From Octopus vulgaris (Eukaryota): a DNA stretch of 64,000 nt. The position numbers and the translations under genes were made by a program. Shown here in pieces: positions 56,366 through 64,000 of the stretch. The stretch's first letter is position 1, and every line of letters starts with the position of its first letter. Below the pieces are notes generated by a model. That model searched no databases, had not been told where the DNA came from, and saw only the letters and a list, made by a program, of their open reading frames with translations. Location: positions 20,584,001 to 20,648,000 of the forward strand of contig OX597840.1 in the NCBI GenBank assembly GCA_951406725.2, read 5' to 3'.

Positions 56366-58001
56366 AGTAGAGAGGGAGAGTGTGGGGGAGGAAAAGAGAG
56401 AGAAATAATAGAAGTTATATAGGGGAAGGCAAAAGGGAGAAAGGCAACAATATGAATGTGTGTATATGTAAATGTATTTGTGTGTGTGTGTGTGTGTGTG
56501 TTTGTGTATCGGTATTTTTCTTTCCATGTCTGTCTTTCTCTTTCACTTTCACACTTCACTCTTTCTATTTTCTCTCTCTCTCACTTTCACCTTCCGCCTG
56601 CCTCTCTCTCCGTCTCTCTCTCATGCTCTCTATTTCTTTTACTGTTTCTCTTTTCTCTCACTATTCCAGACTCTCTCCCTCTCTCTCTCATATTCTTCAT
56701 CAATCACTTAACTTCACACACACACACGCACGTACGCATACATGCGCGCGCACAAACACACACACACACAGACTCGCACATACACACAGACACGCACACA
56801 CACACGCACACATACACACACACATGTATGTAAACATAGAGAGAAAAAGAAAAGAGAGATAGAGGAAACGAAAGAGAGAGAATGTGAGAGAAAAGTATAG
56901 AGATAGATACAGTGCAGATAGAGAGAGAGAGGGGGAGAACAAAGAGCGATGCAAGAAGAGAGAGAGAGAAAGAATAAGAGAAAAAGGTGGATACATAGTA
57001 GAAAAAGAGAGAAAGAGTGAGAGAGAGATAGACTAATAGAAAGAGCGATGGATACGGAGCAGAGAGAGAGAGAGAGAGTGAGGCAAAGTGAGAAAATAGC
57101 ATATTTGTAAGTAATGTATCCACGCCAAAAAGATGAGGCGGGTGAGTAATGAGAAAAAAGGCGGAGTTAACGATGTGACGACAGACTGACGTATCTGTTG
57201 GGAAGCTGATAACAAGTGTTGATTGGTTGCTGTGTTGTGAGTGGCGGTCTGTTGTGGTCACCCGTATGACAATTCATGCCCCGCCCTCTCAGTTTGTTTT
57301 TCACCCACCTCGTCTATCTTTCTCATTCTTTCTGCTTTGCTATTCTCTCTCTCTCTCTTACTCTCTCTTTCAATTCCACCCTCTTACTTCTTCTAATGTT
57401 TCTTCTCTTTCTCTTTCTCTCCCTCTCTATAATATGTGTGTCTATCTAACTCCAACCCTCTCCCTCAAATAGCTTCTCCCTCTTCTCTCCTCTTATTAAG
57501 CTACTATCGTCATTTTCTTTATTGAGCTGCGGCCACGCTGGAGCCTCTACCCTAAAAGGTTTAGTCAATCAAATCGACTCCAGTATATACTAGGTTTTTT
57601 TTTCTTCTTTTTTTTTTATAAATTTGGTAGTTCTTCTATCGGTCTCTTTTGCCGAACCTCTAGTTAACAGGGATGTAAACAAACCAACATTCGTTGTTAA
57701 GCGCTAGCGTGGGAGAAACACACACACAAAGGCACACGCGCATACATAAATACATGCACACACACACATATACATATATATATATGCATACACACATACA
57801 TACACACACACATACATACATACATACATACATACATACATACATACACACATACATACATACATACATACACATACACATACATACATACATACATACA
57901 TACATACATACACACACACATACATACATACATACATTCATATATACATATATACATACATACATACATACATACATATATGCATGCATGCATACATACA
58001 T

Positions 58002-58255
58002 TACAAGTTCAGGTTTATACCTGTAATTATTGGGGCACTTGGCTATGTACCACACTGCCTAAATACCAATCTTGAGAAATTAGGCTTCTCAAACCAGAAA
58101 GGGGAAAGCTGATTCGAAGACTATGGATCCAATCTATCAATGGAACTGTAAAAATCTGTAAAACTTTCCAGAAGTTTAGCATTTAAATATATATATGAGC
58201 ATGTCTAGATATGTATGAGAAAATATATATAAAGCAAAACATACAAATCGTCACA
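58002..58255 (+). mobile_element. R4/Dong-like LINE 3' end in (CATA)n
   Basis: YKFRFIPVIIGALGYVPHCLNTNLEKLGFS..IQSINGTVKICKTFQKFSI*. Confidence 0.8.
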
Positions 58256-58287
58256 CATACATACCTACCTACATACATATATACATA

Positions 58288-58741
58288 CATAACAGGCCGG
58301 ATATTGTTGTCTGGGACAGAGGGACAAAGGTATGTGCCATCATAGAAGTCAACTGCCCTGCAGATATAAATATCTCTTTGAAAATCAAAGAAAAAGAGGA
58401 TATCTATGGACAACTGCTTCGAAACCTCCAGCTTCTATATCCAGATTATGAATTTGTATTCACACCAATAATAATTGGAGCACTAGGTTCTGTAAGTAAA
58501 TACTTAATGGAGAATCTGGATAAACTGGGATTTTCTGAAGGAGAAACTGACCGGCTGATTCGTCCATTACAAATGCAATCTGTGAGAGGAACAGTAAAAA
58601 TGTGCAAGACTTTTCTAAAGTCCCAAATGTGAATTTGTCTGTTAACTACATCCCAAAGATGGAGCCTTGTATTTTTGTTGGAAACCGGTTCCCTTTTCAG
58701 TGGAAGATTTATAATAATTAAAAAATAGAAGAAACATACAT
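58288..58741 (+). mobile_element. R4/Dong-like LINE 3' end with open restriction-like endonuclease frame
   Basis: HNRPDIVVWDRGTKVCAIIEVNCPADINISLKIKEKEDIY..PIIIGALG..GTVKMCKTFLKSQM* (PD..E..K motif); tail ends ACATACAT. Confidence 0.85.
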
Positions 58742-58744
58742 GAT

Positions 58745-58955
58745 GGTTGTCTACCCCTTATGCAGAGCCTGGCCACCTCCTGTACCTACATCTTAGGTCC
58801 ATCATGGCGTCTGATGTGGCTTTTAAAACCAGAGAATGTTTTTAAAAGACACCCACATTGATGGCATATCCGATTTGGACCACGAGGAGCTGCAAATAAG
58901 TTCTGGTCTTTGTGGATCTTTTGAGGCCTCCGTTAGATTTGCAGACCTCATCACA
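58745..58955 (-). mobile_element. Probable RTE 3' end with C2H2-like motifs
   Basis: EVCKSNGGLKR.. and CHQCGCLLKTFSGFKSHIRRH..* in different frames. Confidence 0.5.
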
Positions 58956-59089
58956 TACATACATACATAGACGTACGTACGTACATACATACATACATAC
59001 ATACATACATACATACATACATACATACATACATACATACATACATACATACACACACACAGATACATACATATAGACATATATACATA

Positions 59090-59590
59090 CAGAGTGTTTG
59101 AGTTAAATTTGCATAAAGAAAAAAAAACAATATCTCATACAGAAAAAAAAAGAATTATAATTTTTTTTTTTTAAAGTCTACCAGATTATAGCTACGAGTT
59201 AACTGTTTACCCAAAGCAGCCGTCCTCAACTTTCACCAGGACTTCAAGACGGTTCCGAGGCCTGGCACATGCGGTCCTTACCGTGTCTCTGCAAAGACCT
59301 TCGAACACCTTGATGCTGCTATCAGCTCGGCCTTGGTGTTGCGAGCAAAATGGTTGGTGCTTTTTTTGGGGGTTTTTTTTCAACAGCGCACAAGATCCGG
59401 GGATTAAAATCGGGGGAATTAGGAGACCAGAAATTGAGGTTGGTGAAGGTCGGAGAGATTCTCCAACAATCAGTTCTGACTGTTTCCGAAGCTATGAAGT
59501 GCAGCCAAATCCTGCTGTCACATATATGACCTTCCAGCAGCAATCCTCTCCAGCCAGGGTTTCATCACAGTCTCCAGCAGCTTCACAATA
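59090..59590 (-). pseudogene. Tc1/mariner (maT/DD37D-like) transposase 3' half and end
   Basis: [60 protein letters not shown]. Confidence 0.8.
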
Positions 59591-59603
59591 TATATAATCT
59601 TTG

Positions 59604-59955
<352 letters not shown>

Positions 59956-59971
59956 ATATATATATATATAT

Positions 59972-60172
59972 GACCTCGTCTGTATCACTAGCGATTTGTT
60001 TCCTCATTTTCCTTCGCGGGATCTTTCCTTCTCCTATGTTTCCGACGAAGAGCTCCGCGCGAAACGTCAAACCCTCCTTCTTCCCTTCTTTCCTGATCCA
60101 ATAATACTTTATTTGTTCCACGTCCTTGGGTTGTTGTCTTTTCGTTTTTGTTTTCTTGTTTGGATTAACTTA
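59972..60172 (+). mobile_element. PLE-like terminus H2
   Basis: 60038-60072 gttt CCGACGA a gagc-tcc-gcgc GAAAC GTC aaac. Confidence 0.7.
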
Positions 60173-60533
60173 ATATAAATATATATATATATATAGGTAA
60201 TAATTTATATTCGATTATGCAGATTGCAGTATGATTCTTCTATCTTACTTTTATTCTTGATTGCATATATGAGAATTCTTCATCATATATTAGTTTCCTT
60301 TGGAGACGCATAGTACGCTATAAGTACCAAAATATTTTGTATTATAGAAATAGCGAAAGGGAAAATAGAAAAGGACTCAGCTTTTGAAAAGTCACCTGAC
60401 GAGACACATTCGTACCTACAATGCACACAACTGTTTGTGCAGGATCTCAACCGCCAGGCACCGGGCACGGTGGGTCGACACGATCGTAGTGGATGATGAT
60501 TGTTATTAACTCCATTTTTCGCTTATATTTTAT

Positions 60534-60570
<37 letters not shown>

Positions 60571-61851
60571 ATACATACACACACACAACACATACACAAC
60601 ACATACACACACAGAAATATGCATATATGCGTGTGTGGGGGGTATGTTTTTTTCAGGGTTTGGCAACCGGTGTTGGTGTATTTACGTCTGTATAACTTAG
60701 TGGTTCGGTAAAATGGACCGATAGAATAAGTATACGGCTTTAAAGTATTGCGGTCGGTTCATTCGACTAAAAATTCTTCAAGGCGACACACGAACATGAC
60801 CGCAGTCTAATGAATGGAGCAAGTAAGAGACTAGAGACTGTGTGTGTGTGTGTGTGTATAATTTTATATTAATACATACACTCACACACAAATACACACA
60901 CACATATTTTTTTTAAACATTGAAATGCGAGTATATGTATATTTACATATATATGTGTGTGTGTGTGTGTGTATACAACATACACACACACATATATATA
61001 TTTGTGTGTGAGCATATATTTATGTATATGCCATTAAATATTTCTCAAGTTAAGGCGGAAGTGAGATTCTTGAAATGGGAATGCAGGAAGAGTGGAATCT
61101 AAATTCCACAGAGAAGGTGACAGCGGTGGGGGCTGTGGCAGTGGCGGCGGCGGCGGTGGTGACGGTGGTGATTGTGGTTGCAGTGGTGACGGTGTTGATA
61201 ACAGTGGCGCGGGGTAGGAAGGGTTAAGGGTTCGCATAATGGTTAAAAGCAATTAGTTGGAACCGCATCGGTTGAAACGGTTAATAACATTATCTTTTCC
61301 AAAACATGGAATTTTGACAATTCTACGCGAAATGATACACAAGAGAAAAGGGGGGTCGGTGAGGGTTAGGGTTAGGGTGGGTGTCGTAATTGGCAGGTAC
61401 GAGTGTGTGTGCGCGCACGTGTGTATGTGGGGGTGGGGGCGTGTTCGTATGACACGGTAACAGTTTGGTTTCCCCCTTCCCAACCTTCCTTCAGCCTGTG
61501 TGTATAAGCGCTGATATGATAGGTGAGTATCTAGGTAGGTAAGAGGGCGCATTGAATGGGTCGGTGGTAAGCAGATAGGTGTTGACAGGGAAAGCTAATC
61601 TCGGAGTGATCGTATGGAAGTAAGGATAGCCTAGCCGCTGCCACCACCAGACCACTACTACCAGCACCATCACCAGCACCACCACCATCACGACCAGCAA
61701 CATCAGCAACAACAACAGCAACAACACTAATAAATCATGGCAGTAGGATTTAGAAGAATAGCTTGTTAGCAACGTTCGAAATAATGCATAATGATGGAAT
61801 GAATTACGTTGAGTATGTGTGTGTGTGTGTGTGTGTGTGCATGCGTATATT

Positions 61852-62062
61852 CTTTTATTCATTTACTTGTTTCAGTCATCTGACTGCAGCCATGCTGGAG
61901 CACAGCCTTGAAAGGTTTTAGCTGAATAATGGACTCAATGACATTTTAAAAGCCTATTACCTATTTTATCGTACTCTTATGCCGAACCGCTACGTTACGG
62001 GGACCTAAACACACCAACACCAATTGTCAAGCTATGACAGGGGGACAAATGCGGACACAACG

Positions 62063-62113
<51 letters not shown>

Positions 62114-62270
62114 CCACGGGTGTCTTTCAGTTTCCGCCAACTAAGTCCACTCGCAAGGCTTTGGTCAGCCCGAGGCTATAGTAGAAAATATTTCTCCAAG
62201 GTGGCACGAAGTGGAACTGAACCCGGAACCATGTGGTTGGGAAGCAAGCTTCTTACCTCGCAGCAACTCC

Positions 62271-62275
<5 letters not shown>
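61852..62275 (-). mobile_element. SINE-A, diverged
   Basis: Match to other copies. Confidence 0.85.
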
Positions 62276-62307
<32 letters not shown>

Positions 62308-62476
62308 AAGTATGCATGTATAGAATTAGGTTACCTAAGCCTGAGGAGCCCGTGAAAATTTATGTTGCTTGTAACCAATCAAAACTGTTTGCAAATAATG
62401 CATCTAACTTCTACCAAATGCGTAGACAGCCATTTTTCTTTCGTTTGTCTACGCACTCGTGAAAACACGCTCACAA

Positions 62477-62530
<54 letters not shown>

Positions 62531-62534
<4 letters not shown>

Positions 62535-63411
62535 GGTTCTTGACTGATGACTGAGGGCTTCGAATGTCCCGTCCTGTGGTTCTTGTGTCGTCTCTGTGGT
62601 GTTTCATGTTCTTGTCCATGTCTGTAATTATTTTTACTGTTTACCTATATAATCGGCGGCTACGTATCCACAATTGTCCTTATACGATAAGTATATTTTT
62701 TTCTCTAGCATTGATACGACTCTTGATCTGTCTCTTTCTCTCTCTCTCTCTCCTCCCTTATTCCCCTTCCTTTCTTTCCCTCTCCATCCGTCTTCCCCCC
62801 TTCTACGTTTCTCTATCTCTCTCACCTCCAGTCCCCTCGATCTGTCTCTTTCTTCTCCTCCCTCGTCCACCTTCTCTCTCTTTTCATCTGTCCCTTTCTC
62901 CTGTCTTTTGTTCTCACGTGACCGCTAGCCACTGTTGAGCGCTCTTTTCGTTCCAGCAGTCGCCGAAGCAACACGTATTTGTTCGTCTCCCTGCGGCCAT
63001 TAGGCACAACTTCATAAGCCAGCCCTAAACTCAACTCGTCCTGTCGAAAGACCCTTGTCCTACGTCCTGGTTTTGTTTTGTTTTTTATTTTTACCGTTAT
63101 TGTTTTTACGTTTTTGTATTCTTATTGGTGTCACGTATTCTGTATTTTTGTTCGTGTACTTCGTTCGTTTTCCGTCCTCGTGTTGTATACATTCGAAGCT
63201 TTCTTCCAGGGGATCTAATGCGCTTGGCTTAGATTTCCCTTGGCGGGCTGCCCAAATCGGAGCAATCTCAAGATTAATCAGCCGAAATTGCTAAGATGAT
63301 CTGGTTCTTGACTGATGACTGAGGGCTTCGAATGTCCCGTCCTGTGGTTCTTGTGTCGTCTCTGTGGTGTTTCATGTTCTTGTCCATGTCTGTAATTATT
63401 TTTACTGTTTA

Positions 63412-63418
<7 letters not shown>
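62531..63418 (+). mobile_element. Family P non-coding element with 120-bp terminal direct repeats in (TA)n
   Basis: 62531-62650 and 63299-63418 appear identical by eye; (TA)n on both flanks; no credible ORF. Confidence 0.8.
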
Positions 63419-63460
<42 letters not shown>

Positions 63461-63580
63461 TCACATATATACATACACACACGTACACATTGATATATAT
63501 ATATATATATATATACATATACATACATATATATATACTTACATATATTTATGCATACACATGCATTCACACACATACAC

Positions 63581-63643
<63 letters not shown>

Positions 63644-63677
63644 CTCACATATATACATACACACACGTACACATTGA

Positions 63678-63715
<38 letters not shown>

Positions 63716-64000
63716 CATATACATACATATATATATATATACTTACATATATTTATGCATACACATGCATTCACACACATACACATACACAGACACACAC
63801 ACACACATACATATATATATATACTCACATATATTTATGCATTCACATGCATTCACACACATACACACACACACACATATATATATTATGTATATATATA
63901 CACATACGCTCATATACATACATACAATTCATACACACAAACAAATAGAAAGAGAGAGTGAGAGAGGGAGGGGGTGAGACAGAGATGGAAAGAGAGTTGG

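Noticed and set aside
58745-58955. Host C2H2 zinc-finger gene
   Set aside because: Motifs are in different frames, lack TGEKP linkers and resemble RTE C-terminal fingers.
61362-61381. Interstitial telomere (TTAGGG)
   Set aside because: Only two full units; expected by chance or as a TE subterminal motif.

Overview
Repeat-dominated eukaryotic genomic DNA, most consistent with an octopus (coleoid cephalopod) genome; this is inferred from the SINE families and the extreme microsatellite load. Nearly all ORFs in the supplied track are microsatellite read-through artefacts. Recognisable content includes: more than 20 copies or fragments of one bipartite tRNA-derived SINE (called SINE-A here); about 9 copies of a Meta-domain-like SINE (SINE-B); two minor SINE families; decayed RTE and R4/Dong-type LINE ends; several Tc1/mariner remnants; and a Helitron PIF1-helicase 3' end split by two SINEs with target-site duplications. 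One plausible host exon is present, a signal-peptide first coding exon on the minus strand (46557-46677). The most notable signal is a set of short elements embedded in (TA)n tracts, from at least 7 distinct sequence families, that each carry a minimal type-I hammerhead-ribozyme-like motif. Several are folded into palindromes, and four plus a related fragment cluster at 34.3-35.8 kb. This architecture matches Penelope-like element (PLE) termini or retrozymes. All calls were made by eye and coordinates of degenerate copies are approximate.
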